Shown: positions 26,125 through 39,895, numbered from the stretch's first letter. The stretch: DNA of 64,000 bases from Octopus sinensis (GCF_006345805.1 NC_043012.1:21390001-21454000); one strand, 5' to 3'. Numbers and translations are program-made. The notes: generated by a model not told the origin, from the sequence alone.

Positions 26125-26790
26125 ACTTGTTTCAGGCCTGGCTATTCCCGGAATTGCGACTTGTGCTCCGGAAAGAGCGGCAATACCAGCAGCCATTGTC
26201 TTAACAGTTGCTGCGGTTGTGTCTGCTCCTACAGCTGTGTCTCACCTTCTCTTTTCTTCTCTTTAGCCTCTTCTGTCAAGCAGAAGACCTTTAAATGGCT
26301 CTTACTACCGCACGTGTAGCGACTGGGCCTTCTATCATACCTCACCAATCCGTTAGACTTTCTCTCTCCTCCCTCACGGGCAACAATTCTAGGATTAGCG
26401 TGTGTTCTTTCGGGATCACTAGGAACTAAATGACTGTATGCGCCCCAACCAACTCGCTTCACACTCATTACATGACCGTAGTTTTGCGCAAAGCTGACAA
26501 CATTCAGGGGTAGATGTCTGTATCAATGTCTTTGACGGTAATTTTAGTGTTTCTTAGACCCATGTATCGTGGAAGCAGCCTGTGAGCAGGTGTTTGATGC
26601 ATCAATTCCACCTGTCTTTTTGACTCCCGATCGATGGCGTATAAATTCTAAAATACATTATCCAAAGATTCCTCGAGCTTTTTCTTCGAGATCATATGGA
26701 AACACAGTCTTTAAGACAAAACAGAGTTACGTCTCCTTTTTCCCTATCCTTTCCTGGATAAGCTCGTTGGATAAGGAAACACCTTTGTGA
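26125..26790 (-). pseudogene. non-LTR retrotransposon ORF1 (gag-like) relic with a CCHC zinc knuckle
   Basis: Frameshifted HRLLPRYMGLRNTKITVKDIDTDIYP/LNVVSFAQNYGHVMSVKRV..RRPS-RYTCGSKSHLKVFC. The C-X2-C-X4-H-X4-C knuckle at 26280-26321 has its first Cys codon changed TGC>CGC and is followed by a Q/E-rich tail. Confidence 0.65.
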
Positions 26791-27289
26791 CTTACCCATT
26801 GTTTCCCTCTCTTTTTTTGTGCTTATTCGAATCGAGTTGCCTGCCGTCAATTTTTTTTATCCATAACATTAACACAATGATGATGGGATGTCGTTGGGAA
26901 TGACGTCATTTTTTTTTCTATTTATATAGTTTTTCTTTCCAGTGCCATTCTTTTTGTATCCTCTATTGTGCAAGTGAAACTTAGTGAATTTCCTGTGTAC
27001 TTGATCTATATTTTAGTTTCTGACAGATGATTGTTTATGTTAATTCTCTTTCCACTTCTTATGAGGGACAGCCATTATATGGGGCAGCCATTATATGGGG
27101 CAGCCATTTTCCAACTTATAGATGTTTTGAATGTCAATATGTAGCGGTATAAAAATTCCTTATAAAATGACCATTCCACGACCTGAGTAAAACAGATGTA
27201 CAACTGTTCCAAAGACTCTTGATAGCAAGAAGAACCAATTTCATTTTTCTTTCGTATGCTGTGTTCTTGTACAAAACAGTTCATTTCAC

Positions 27290-27468
27290 GTTACCCCAGT
27301 CCATTCAGCTGTAAACGGGTCACACCCTGTGGCGGAATAGTCTCCCGATCAGCGGGACTGTTGGCCTGCTCGCCTATCCAGCCGCTTGTCGTCTTTCGAA
27401 AGCTAAAAGAACGAGAAGCGCATTGTGACCAGCGATGTATAACAACATCCGATAGTCTGGTTGATGCC
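27290..27468 (+). mobile_element. SINE family C core with tail type 4
   Basis: CCAGTCCATTCAGCTG core; tail AAGCGCATTGTGACCAGCGATGT shared with 45016-45409. Confidence 0.65.
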
Positions 27469-27544
27469 TAGTTAAAACTATTTTCAACATGAAACTGTCT
27501 ATTCACATCACACAAGCAAACAAATAACAACAATAATAATTGTT

Positions 27545-28600
27545 TCTGCTTAGCGGTATTCGTCTGTCTTTACGTTCTGAGTTCAAATTCCACCGAGGTC
27601 GACTTTGCCTTTCATCATTTCTGGGTCGATAAATCACGTACCAGTTGCGTACAAGGGTCGATCTAATCGACTGGCCCCCTCCCCAAAAATTTCGAGCCTT
27701 GTGCCTAGAGTAGAAAAAAATAACTGTTTCTAGTAAGGTTAAAAATCTGGGGGAAGGGTGTTGGTCAGTTGAATAAACCATGGCACCTGACTGATGCTTT
27801 ATCTTATCGATCCCGACAGGATTAAATTAAAGTTGACATCAGCAAGATTCGAACTCAGAACCTATAGAGTTGGACAAGGTATTTTCCCCCACTGCTTCGC
27901 TTCTAAAGTAGGCTCAAAATCATAAATTTCGGTGATGGAGGAGGTTATCAACTAAACCGACCCTATATAAGTTTTGTTTCAAACTTTGGCACAGGGTCAC
28001 TAATTTTAGACAAAGGGGTTTGTGTCGATTACACCGACACCAGTAGTTGACTGGTACTTTATTTTATCAAAGATGAAAGGATTATAGACAAAATCGACTA
28101 GGAGGTTTTTGAACTCAGAACGCAAAGAAATGCCGCTTAGCATTTTATGTGGCGTGCAAATGATGTTGCTAGCTCGCTGCCTTAACCCCAAATAACAATA
28201 AAGATCTTGCACTGGGCCACAAATTTATGAAGGACTAATTGATCAGTAATCAGACCTGAGTAAGTGCCTGGGACTTTAGTTTTGTTGATTGTCCAAGTTG
28301 CAAGTTAAATAAATTGGCCATGAATACAGTGCTTGGCCCTTACTCAGATACGAACTGCTGAACCCCTGGTTTATTTTCCAGTAACCCATCATTATGGAGA
28401 GCTATTTCTAGCACAATCAGTCACAATGACACAAGTTTGAAGAGATAAACCCAAGTACTTGACTGGCTTTTATTTTACCCACACCCGAACGATAATAGAC
28501 AAGATCAACCTCGATAAGATTTGAACTCAAAATATGAAGGTCCTGTATCTGAATACAGTAAAACATTTTGTTCAACGCTTTACCGATTCTGCCAATCCAC
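27545..28600. mobile_element. cluster of four SINE D copies (+ 27545-27716; - 27768-27870, 27990-28186, 28440-28600)
   Basis: Repeated GTTCTGAGTTCAAA / TTTGAACTCAGAAC and GTCGAT motifs. Confidence 0.75.
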
Positions 28601-29135
28601 TTAATATTAATAATATAGCAAACACTGCGATATTAATATTTATATCGCCTATGTTTCTAATATTTCTTCTGCTTCCCCCTACAACAGAGTTCTAATTTAA
28701 ACAGCACCAACTCCAAATTTGCAGCAATGCAGTCAATTCACTGTTTATAGATGCCCTCAGCCAGATTTAATCAAACAGAAAGTCCTATCCGTCAAGCAGA
28801 CGATTAATCGATAGATATCGTCCACCATGACACAAGCTTACTGACTTACAGTTTTCAAAACGTCCTACACTCGTTCGTTAGAATGAGACGCAGTAGATTC
28901 ACCAAATTACTGCAGCAATTATCCATTGAAATATTTCCATGAGTAACCTTTGTGTGTGTAACTCAGTTCGGTTATTCTATATATGTGTGTGTGTGTGTTT
29001 GTACTTTTTCTTTTTAATCTTCATTTTTTCAGTTAATTAAAAAAAATTGTTTTGTATCGTTTAATGTCTGTCTTCAGTTCATCTTCTGCTTTTCTCATAC
29101 TACTTGCACTCGCTTCCTTTAAATTATTCCTTAAT

Positions 29136-29492
<357 letters not shown>

Positions 29493-30035
29493 TTATCTGT
29501 CGTGCAATCTCAGTGTATACCTATATATATATGTGTGTGTGTGCACGCGTGTATTTGTGTATGAATGTATGCTTAATATGCGTATGAATGTATGTATGTA
29601 TGTATGTATGTATGTATGTATGTATGTATGTATGTATGTATTTATGTATGTATGTACGTACGTATGTATGTACGTACGTATGTATGTAAGTGTAAACATG
29701 CCGTATCTATTCAGTTTTTTTTTTACCTCCACCATAAATATGAATTCAAATAAATCGCCTTCAAGGACTGTTCTAGGCTGATATGAACACAATAAAGTTA
29801 TTTTGGATAGAAATTTGTACTGGATAAGAATATTTTTCCCGTCTATGTTTTCTTTGGAGAGGTTAATAGAGCGAAAGCATCTGCTTCGAATGAGAATTGA
29901 AACCTTGTGCGACTTATCACATATTTGGTGTGTGACAAGAGATGAACAAAGGCCGTTGTCCCCTGGCACAAAATTTCCTCTCGCTTATTGCCCTGTTAAC
30001 TAATGTTGTGACATTATGTGTGTCTTTGACTTCAG

Positions 30036-30416
30036 GGAGGTGCAATGGCCCAGTGGTTAGGGCAGCGGACTCGCGGTCATAGGATCGCGGTTTCGATTCC
30101 CAGACCGGGCATTGTGAGTGTTTATTGAGCGAAAACACCTAAGCTCCACGAGGCTCCGGCAGGGGGGGGGGTTATCCCTGCTGTACTCTTTCACCACAAC
30201 TTTCTCTCACTCTTACTTCCTGTTTCTGTTGTACCTGTATTTCAAAGGGCCGGCCTTGTTACTCTCTGTGTCACGCTGAATATCCCCGAGAACTACGTTA
30301 AGGGTGCACGTGTCTTGTGGAGTGCTCAGCCACTTACACGTTAAATTCACGAGCAGGCTGTTCCGTTGATTCGGATCAACCCGAACCCTCATCGTCGTAA
30401 CCGACGGAGTGCTTCC
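30036..30416 (+). mobile_element. tRNA(Arg-like)-headed SINE family B, tail type 1
   Basis: GGAGGTGCAATGGCCCAGTGGTTAGGGCAGCGGACTCGCGG..GGTTTCGATTCC head and tail ending CGTAACCGACGGAGTGCTTCC. Confidence 0.92.
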
Positions 30417-30769
30417 CTCTGACTTCGGACACTGAAGATATTTGCCAGGAATCAATGCATAAATTTAACTACTTTAACTCGGCATTTTCTGCGAGTAGTT
30501 GACTATATTTAACGATGGAAATTTGAATGAGTACCCGGAGGTGGCATTCCTTTACTTCTTAGGTCAAGAGTAAGGGTGTTTATAATGTTTAATTCCACTC
30601 CTTTCCGACCTCATTTCTGCTGCTTATTGCAAAGGAATTGGAGAGTCCCCTTAATTTACAGCTCAGAGAGTGGTGGAGAGGGCTTACAGCATCTAACTCC
30701 CACTCAACCTCAAGCACACGAGCCCTAACGTACTCCTAGTTCCTATAACCCATTTCTATTATTGCCTAA

Positions 30770-30991
30770 CTGGCAGAAACGTTAGCACGCCGGGCGAAAT
30801 GCGTAGCCGTATTTCGTCTGCCGTTACGTTCTGAGTTCAAATTCCGCCGAGGTCGACTTTGCCTTTCATCCTTTCGGGGTCGATAAATTAAGTACCAGTT
30901 ACGCACTGGAGTCGATGTAATCGACTTAATCCGTTTGTTTGTCCTTGTTTGTCCACTCTGTGTTTAGCCCTTTGTGGGTAGTAAAGAAATA
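30770..30991 (+). mobile_element. SINE family D, young copy
   Basis: Cleanest copy: CTGGCAGAAACGTTAGCACGCC..GTTCTGAGTTCAAATTCC..GCCTTTCATCCTTTCGGGGTCGATAAATTAAGTACCAG. Confidence 0.9.
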
Positions 30992-32224
30992 TATTATTGC
31001 CTATATTGTAATTAATAAGCTGCAACAGAAATACTTCTTTTTAAAGTGGCCGAAATTATTTCAAATACCTAATACATACAGTTGAACACCGAACAGGAGG
31101 CATTGCTGTAGAAAAAGGGGAGCTTAGTATTCTTCAATATTCCTCTGTTTAAATTCTACTGGAGGTTGGCTTTGCATCTAAATTTTCCGGATGTACAAAA
31201 AAAACAAACAGTATCTGTAGGATACTATAATTGATTTAATCGACAATAATCATTTTCCCAACAAAAATTTGTTTTATAATCAGGGGGAAAAAAATTAATC
31301 AATAAATATGAAATATTCTTTGCAGACGCAGGCAAAATTTTGCGGGTAGAAAGGGAGCGCTAATTTGCTTTCAACCAAATTAAATAGTGCGCTAAGAGCA
31401 AATGAACCGTGGTGCCGCTTTATTGATGCAAATTACCATAACAAACGTAAATAAATCATATGTGAATAGAATTCTATCTATTTGGCGTAAATCAGTTGAA
31501 AACTGGGCTGAATTTAAAGGATTTACGCCAACAATGATCGTTGTTGCTTCTTTCAAACTTCAAATACCACAACATTTCAAGGAAGTGCTGAAGACATTTT
31601 ATGTTCAACGTTCAAATCCTGCTAGCGTTGATTTTGCTCCTTAATCAGTAGAATAGCAAATGTTGTTTTTCTTTAACCGCAGGTCAGTGTCTGATCGAGC
31701 AGATCGATGATCAAAGATTTTTAGAGTTATGGCTACCCTGTATTGTTTTCAAATGTAATATTTCTATAACTATATTATTCAGCGTAACCTCTCTTTTTTT
31801 TCAGACCGTACAAAGTGATTTCAGGGAAACTTGGCTGCTTTTTCTTGTAAATCGAGCAACCATATAGGGTTTTCTTTGTTGGTTCATAGCACATGCTTTG
31901 TTGTTGTTGCAGATTTTGTTTAGGCCAGTTCTGTTTGAACAGAACTTTGGTAAAAGGATTTCCAGCCATGACCACTCCATCTTATTTGTAAATAGTTATG
32001 ATATACTCCAGATGACACTAAACAACAGTGCTTATGTTTAAGATGGTAGGTTATGGTTTGAGGCATAGTTGGTTGCCCTTTCTAGTAGTTCGAGCTTTTA
32101 CATAGATGCTCTTTACGCACCCTTTTGTGGTTTAAAAGTACACGTGGCTCAACTCCAAAATATTACAGGTACTTAGTTTACCGAGATTAAGGCGGAGAGT
32201 TGGCAGAGCCGTTAGAAACTCGGT

Positions 32225-32557
32225 TCTTTTATTTGTTTCAGTTATTTGGACCACGGCCATGCAGGGGCACCGCCTTGATGGGTTTAATTATACAAATTGA
32301 CCCCAGTACTGATTTTTTTTAAAGTTTGGTACTTATTCTAAATTTAGGAAACGAAAACAAAACAACAGCGGTTGTAATGCGTGAGGGAAAACACACACAT
32401 ATATGTATATACAGCGGACTTCCACATACTTTCCGTCTACCAAATTCACTCACAAAGCATTTGGTCACTTGGGGCTATAGTACTACACCCTTGGACCGAA
32501 ACTGAAATCCCGTGGTTGCAAGGCGAGATTTTTAACCACATAGCCATGCCTACGCCT
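32225..32557 (-). mobile_element. SINE family A, old copy
   Basis: Diverged head and tail. Confidence 0.8.
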
Positions 32558-32695
32558 GCAAAACAAAAATGTTATTTCTTTCGATTTAGTGAAAGTCAAA
32601 TTTTGTCACGAATTTTGTGTACATTTTGAAATCCTCTAGAGGGGGGGGTATGTGTGTGTATGTGTGTGTGTGTGTGCGTGTGTGTTTGTGTGTAT

Positions 32696-32726
<31 letters not shown>

Positions 32727-33037
32727 AAGTGAGAGACAGGGGCGGAAGAGAGTGAGAGTAGGGGTGTGGTCTGGTGTGTGGTGTGTGCGTGTGTGATCCG
32801 TTAAATTTGGCCAGTGAGGTACTACTTCAGATAGAATCGACAGTTCTCTCCCCTCCCCCAAAAGTTTGAAGCCTTATGTTTGTTTTTAAAGTAGGACCCT
32901 GACATCATTCTTTAAGGAACTTAAAAGGGATATTGTCAGCTGCTATAGCTGGCGTGATATCGAGGACATAACAATTTTATAGTTAAGTAGATCTTATCAT
33001 AACAGTTTCCCTTCCATTTGTTAAATTAATGCTATGT

Positions 33038-33355
33038 GGAAGCACTCCGTCGGTTACGACGATGAGGGTTCCGGTTGATCCGAATCAACGGAACAGCCTG
33101 CTCGTGAAATTAACGTGTAAGTGGCTGAGCACTCCACAGACACGTGTACCCTTAACGCAGTTCTCGGGGATATTCAGCGTGACACAGAGAGTGACAAGGC
33201 CGGCCCTTTGAAATACAGGCACAACAGAAACAGGAAGTAAGAGTGAGAGAAAGTTGTGGTGAAAGAGTACAGCAGGGATCACCACCATCCCTGCCGGAGC
33301 CTCGTGGAGCTTTAGGTGTTTTCGCTCAATAAACACTCACAACGCCCGGTCTGTA
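33038..33355 (-). mobile_element. SINE family B, 5'-truncated
   Basis: Body and tail nearly identical to 30036-30416; tRNA head missing. Confidence 0.92.
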
Positions 33356-33746
33356 AAGTCCTTATATCATGGCATGGATAGTTGAATGGAAGACGAGGTG
33401 TCCTTTAAAACATGTAGCGCAGAACCACTTGCAAAAACCGAGTTGTAAATGTAAACATTATTGTTACATTATGTGGATGAATTCTGCTGAACACTATCTT
33501 GTTTATAAGTAGTTCTACACAATTTCCTTTCAGTAATTTAGAAGGCAGAAGTTAGCTAATTTTATAAGTTTTCAGAATGACGGAACTTCTTTGATTTGTT
33601 TTTTGGGGAATGAAGAATATGCTCACTTCGGAAACAACCCTCCTCATTACTGCTTAATAACAACAAACATTGTTAATACTGAATAACAGGAATCAAATCT
33701 GATCGTAGGCACATGGTGACAAACAACAGAACTGATTGTGCATACT

Positions 33747-34080
33747 AAAGGGGTAAAGACCCCCTTCGGTCATGAATGACCATGGGATTGCACCTAGAAA
33801 GTTACACTCCTAGACACAAGTCCGGGCAAGGTTGTTTATGGAAGACCAGCAGTCGCCTATGCATACCAGCCTCCCTTCTCCATGCCACCAGTGTTATCCA
33901 AGGGAAAGACAAAGATCGATACAGCTTGGCACCAGTGACGTCGCAACTCATTTCTACAGCTGAGTGAACTGGAGCAACGTGAAATAAAGTGCCTTGCTCA
34001 AGAACACAACACCCAGCCCGGTCCGGGATTCGAGCTCACAACCTCACGATCGTAAGCTCGACGCTCTAACCACTGAGCCA
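33747..34080 (-). mobile_element. SINE family C with tail type 2
   Basis: TGGCTCAGTGGTTAGAGC head, GTGTTCTTGAGCAAGGCACT core, tail ending CATGGTCATTCATGACCGAAGGGGGTCTTTACCCC. Confidence 0.85.
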
Positions 34081-34084
34081 TTAT

Positions 34085-34375
34085 TAACAACATTTCTGAT
34101 AATGGGTATTCAACAACAGCTAAGATATCTGAACTTGTATGCACAACAATAGCAAACAATGTCTGGTGAATATTCAATAGCAACTAAGAGATCTGGTCGA
34201 GGAAATTTACTTTAGAGCAAACAGATCCGTTGTGGATGTTCAATAATGACAGACTCATTGTAAATATTCAAAATCAACACATCTGGTGGTGGATAATCGA
34301 CAAACAGATCTGATTGTGGATGCTCAGTAACAACAAATAGATCTCATTTTGGATACTCAACAGCAACAATAACAA
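34085..34375. repeat. cryptic minisatellite, about 10 degenerate units of about 28-35 bp
   Basis: Recurrent consensus (C)AACAGATCTGATTGTGGATATTCAA. Confidence 0.65.
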
Positions 34376-34507
34376 AAACAAACTAACGTAGACGCCTCAA
34401 TATGGTCACTAGTCTTGCTACAAATAGCAACCAACTCCCTCGAATTGCATCACTCTTTCAGAACAATGTAGTCTTATATAAACATGTGTGGAGCGAGAGA
34501 GAGACAG

Positions 34508-34632
34508 AGTGAGTGTGTGTGAGTGAGAGTGTGAGTGAGTGAGTTAGTGAGTGAGTGAGTGAGTGAGTGGGTGAATGAGTGAGTGAGTGAGTGAGTGAGT
34601 GAGTGAGTGAGTGAGTGAGTGAGTGAGTGAGT
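34508..34632. repeat. (GAGT)n microsatellite
   Basis: Direct inspection. Confidence 0.95.
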
Positions 34633-36893
34633 AAGGAAAGCAAAAATGTCAAATTTAACCAATTTCTCCTTAGACTGAAACAAATGACGAACAACCGGAA
34701 TCTACTTTTGACCCTTATTGAATCTTATAACAGATCGCTCTACATCACTCAACAATCTCAGGGAAAGGAGCAGTCAATTTGTTTCTATACACAGCAAATT
34801 CAGTGGCTTTAGGGAATTGGAGTCACCAATTTGAAGACTACAAGAGTCGAACACTTCATTTAATAGCAGAGGCTTGCCAGCGAGAAACCCAGTCCACACA
34901 TTTCAGGGTCTGGTATAATACGTGTAAACACACGAACATGAGAAGTTTACATATATATATAACCGAAGAGAATAGAGTCACGAATACAAGCAACCGAAAT
35001 GGTGTCCCTCCGATGACTCTATGGAGTAACATTATTCGAGAGGGTATACAGCTCGGAGATCAAGAAGTCTTTTCAGCTCAAGTCATTACTTTTCTGCATT
35101 GAGCGATCACATTGAGTGGACACAGGATTAGAATGTTGCAAGAAAGAATCGCAAGATGAATTCTTTAAGACGAGCCGTCTGGCAGGAAGCCTATCGGGAA
35201 GACCATGAACGAGATGGTTGGATTTTATTCATAATCTCCTTTTGACACGCCTGGGAAACACGCTTGAGGAATTTTAGTGACGGTTGCTTCTGACAGGACC
35301 CTGAAGAGGAGGATCCTGAGGACTCTTTCACCACGATCCCCCAGGAATAATGGGCGGCGAATATGGATGGGTGGATATGTATTTTAAATGAAAAATGATG
35401 AACTGATTAGGCTGAAACGCTTTTGATCATAGATCTGTTTGTTTCAAGGCCGACTTGAGACTAAACAATAAAAGTAACAATAGCAGCTATGCAAATGAGA
35501 GCTTAATTGCATGCAACTCGAATAAATATCTTTTTCTTTGTATTTTGTTTGCCACCTCACTCGAGACGAAGTACACGTTTCTATTAAGAAACAAAAACAC
35601 ATATAAAGACAACCAAGCACTGCGAACAAATGACCCTTTTTGTATGGGAAGACATAAAACACCTAAACGATACTAACTGAATCAAAATTTATCGATCTTC
35701 TGCTATTTGTTATTGAATGATTTATTGAAAAAGTAACAAAAGATCTTTCAATAAAATATCTAATCAGTTCTCTACCTAAATCGAATTGATTGATTGGCTG
35801 TTGTTGGCTATTGAGTGATATTAAAAAATATCAATTGATCTTTTCACAAACTCCATCAGTATATTTTTTTTCCTCTCTACTTAGGGCGGGGAATTGTCCG
35901 AGTCGTTCGAGCGTAGGACGGGAATGGTTTTCGGTTTGTATTCCGACTTTCCGCTCTCTGAGTTGAAATATTGCTGAGGTCAAATTCTTTTAGAAGTCGA
36001 TAAATAATGCTCTAATCCAGATACGTTAGTTCAGTTCAGTTAAGTTCTTCGCTTTCTTTGGAGCTTAGGTCATCGAAAACTTCTCTCCACTGTTCTCGAC
36101 ACTGAGCTGTCCCCTTAAGGTGAGGCCTTATTTATTCCTACTTACGCCTATTGGACATGTATCGAATTGTTAGCGCGTCAGGCGAGATTGTATCGCTCTA
36201 CTAACACAAAAGTAGGACACAAGTTGACTTATAAACTTTTGGTATGCTTGGTAGAATATCATCGTTGCAAAACGAAACACGGTGTTCCTACAAGCAATTT
36301 ATATAAATGAAATTATACAAAAAGACTAAGTTTAAGTATCTTGCTTCTCCGACTCCGTCACCCTTAAAGCCTTTGACCTCAACTTTGGCGCGAGAGAACG
36401 GTTATAGCCGATTGAATTGACCCTAATACATTACTACTATAGAGTTTATGTACTATAGTCAGCTCCACAGAAACAATTAGACTAAAGGTTGTATGGTAAG
36501 TTTTGTCGAGACTGCAACCGTCTCTGCCACTCCACCACCTGTAAATAATGTTAACACCGGCAAGGCTCGATGTTCTTTGTTTGTTTATCTTCACCACACC
36601 GTAACGAAGTTTCTTTCGTCTCGCCAATAACGAAGCGTATGTGTACGTGTGTACGTGTGTATGTGTGTGTGTGTTTGTGCGTGTATGTGTGCAAGTGATA
36701 TACGCATGAAGATGAAGTAACTACACATGTACATTCACACTTACACACACACTCGTATATATATATATGTGTGTGTGTATGTGTGGTGTGTGTGTGTGTG
36801 TGTGTGTGTATACATATATATATATACACATATATATATATATATATATAGATAGATAGATAGATAGATAGATATAGATTTATATAGATATAT

Positions 36894-36937
<44 letters not shown>

Positions 36938-37571
36938 ACATGTATATACACACGTATATATATACATATAACGTACACGTATGATTAAATAAATGTGTGC
37001 ATCTGAGTGAGCGTCACCATGAATGTGTGTGCATGTGCATGTTCGTATATGCATATGAATGCGTGTGTGTGTGTGCGTGTGCTTGTGTGCGCGTGCGTGA
37101 TGACGAGCATAGAAAGAATGTTATTGAGTTTTACGTTTTTCTGACGTCGAGAATATATCGTCTGTTTTTGTGTACAATTCCGAGTGGTTTTTCAATGTTA
37201 TGTGTTGAGAACAATATCTCTGCTCACCGAGATTACGGTTCGATTTTGAATTTCTTTCGGGAAGATTTAGTTGAATATATTGGCCCCATTATTTTATTTT
37301 AAGCATGGCACTTATCCCATCGATATCTTTTTACCGAACTGCTACGTTGCAGGGGCATAAACAAACCAACTCCGGTTGTCAAGCGATGGAGGGCAGGAAA
37401 ACAAATACATACATTCGTGCGCGCGTGCGTATACCGCTTATACTGAGAAAAATATCGACTTGAGTCTCTCAATAAATATCCCTCACCGTCAGACGAAAAC
37501 GCAAAATACCTACGCCTGTCTAGCCTGGGGGTCCTTACCCTGGCACTGATGCCTTCTCCAGGCTATCGGTT

Positions 37572-37675
37572 GGCGGCGAGCTGGCAGAAACGTTAGCACG
37601 CCGGGCGAAATGCGTAGCCGTATTTCGTCTGCCGTTACGTTCTGAGTTCTAATTCCGCCGAGGTCGACTTTGCCT
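37572..37675 (+). mobile_element. SINE family D head, 3'-truncated, young
   Basis: Nearly identical to 30770-30865. Confidence 0.9.
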
Positions 37676-38139
37676 GACTTTATTAATATCTACGTAATTC
37701 TGTGTTGGAGCATATGTGCGTCAAACCACGCATGTTTTGTGTGCTTGTATGTGCGTGTGCGTTTGTACTAGCGAGTGTACCTGCGCCACACCACGTATGT
37801 GTGGGGGTTTTTTACAACCATAACTACTAACAGTTATATTTGATACTTTTTCACTGCATTGTGTACTTGTTTCTTTGTGTATATAATATTTGTTATAGAT
37901 TTTTCTATAAGAATAAGCTGTATATCTTAATTTGCCACTTCTATATACGAAGTTGAAGAAGAAATCTTGCGAAACTGTTAATTTTAATGAGACATCTCTT
38001 GAAATCATCACCTGAAGAGACACATCTACACAGAGAGATACAGCTAAACCAGATGTTCAGAATCCCACCGGCAAGATATCGATGCTCGATGGACCGAAAC
38101 AATTTTAGAGATCAATAACGATTCTCGTATCGTCCATCT

Positions 38140-38208
<69 letters not shown>

Positions 38209-38314
38209 TCAAATACCCAACAAAACACTCAGACAGTAAACGTGCTTTACCGGCAAACTACCAGGTGTATACGATACGATTTATTAACTAATAATATATA
38301 TTCACGTATGTAGC

Positions 38315-38339
<25 letters not shown>

Positions 38340-38347
<8 letters not shown>

Positions 38348-38628
38348 GAATACAAAAAATAGAACTAGAGCGACAAAAAAATAACTAGACAGTTGGATGA
38401 AACAAAAAGGGACATGAAAAGATAAGAACGGGTTATTCGGAGTTTTCTTTCGTCAGCCGAGATCCAGATTATCTTTGCAGTTTCGGCTGGTTTTAATCGA
38501 GATTGCTCCAATCTGGCAAGCCCCAAGGAAAATCTAAGCTGAGAGCACTAGATTTCTTGGTAGAAAGCAGCGAATGTATACGACAAAAAAGGACGGGAAA
38601 AAACGAGAAATGGTACACAAATACAAAT

Positions 38629-38630
<2 letters not shown>
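38340..38630 (-). mobile_element. possible Penelope-type terminal segment with a decayed hammerhead (CTGACGA..CTCCGAAT)
   Basis: Same layout as 17630-17800: core-like motif, then a T-rich tail, then (TA)n; helix II is broken. Confidence 0.35.
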
Positions 38631-38695
<65 letters not shown>

Positions 38696-38713
38696 CATAT
38701 ATATGTAAATATA

Positions 38714-38744
<31 letters not shown>

Positions 38745-38767
38745 TATGTGTATATATGTATATGCAT

Positions 38768-38875
38768 CGAGGGGGTGTATGAAAAGGCTTGAGCCTCAAA
38801 ATAAACAAAACATGGTACAATACTTCTAATGTAGGTACAAGACTTCAAGGATCAAACCTTTTCATACACCCCTCG
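38768..38875. mobile_element. mariner-type MITE, 108 bp
   Basis: TIRs CGAGGGGGTGTATGAAAAGGCTTGA / TCAAACCTTTTCATACACCCCTCG, with TA on the right flank; TACGAGGG.. is a typical mariner TIR start. Confidence 0.75.
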
Positions 38876-38900
38876 TATATATGTATATATACATATATAT

Positions 38901-39192
38901 ATTAATTGTTATCGCCGTATTAATATGGCAGTCTTATAGATATAAGACTAAAGCTGTCGCTGATTAGCTCCATGAGGCCATCGCCTTAAGCTAGCTATTT
39001 GACACACAAACTGTGTCCATTATAACCTTTGAACAAGGGAGGTCAGCCGCTTCACACTGCCAGTCAGACAGCTACAGGCGCGTTTCAGAGTCAAATAGCT
39101 AGCTTAAGGCGATGGCCTCATGGAGATAATCAGCGACAGCTTTAGTCTTATATCTATAAGACTGCCATATTAATATGGCGATAACAATTAAT
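38901..39192. repeat. foldback element: 103-bp inverted arms, 86-bp spacer
   Basis: Arms 38901-39003 and 39090-39192 differ at 2 positions by my alignment. Confidence 0.95.
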
Positions 39193-39251
39193 TTCCAGTA
39201 ACGCTGCCGTAATCTCTTTTAGAGAGACTTAGTAATTTTAATATTTCTATT

Positions 39252-39306
<55 letters not shown>

Positions 39307-39863
39307 GTTGAAATATTATTATTTTCATATATATATTGATTGTTATAAGTTATGATAGTTATTAATTATGATATCTATTTATTTAGAACGCTTTATTATT
39401 ATTTTTATAAAGGGATTTAACGTATTACATATAATTTAATTTGAGAATTAATTTTGTTAGACAATACATTATTCAATAATTAGGTGGTATATTTATCAAG
39501 TAGTATTACATTTAAGTAAATTAGTTTTTATATTAATTGATATTTTGGTCAACTATATTATTGAGTGATATATTAAATCTATAGATACTACATATATATT
39601 AATTATATAGTTAGTTTATATAATGGGTGTGTCTATATTTGTACCATTTCTTATTGTTGATTCCAGTATTTATGGCTTGTACTAGCATTGTGTATATTAA
39701 TTAATATTAAGATTTTTAGTATAATTGCTTTATGAGTATTAGACTTTATTTGGATGTTTATTAAATAAATATATTAATTAATAATTTGATTTAATGTATA
39801 GTTTAAAGTGTTGTATTTAGTTTTGCATTTAATGTATATATTGTATCTTATATATATATATAT

Positions 39864-39895
<32 letters not shown>

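Noticed and set aside
35390-35425. ATGATGA..GGCTGAAACGC hammerhead-like motif next to a possible PLE N-terminal frame (35100-35300, minus strand)
   Set aside because: C3 is lost, helix II needs a 2-nt repair, there is no UH triplet, and the peptide similarity is too weak to call.
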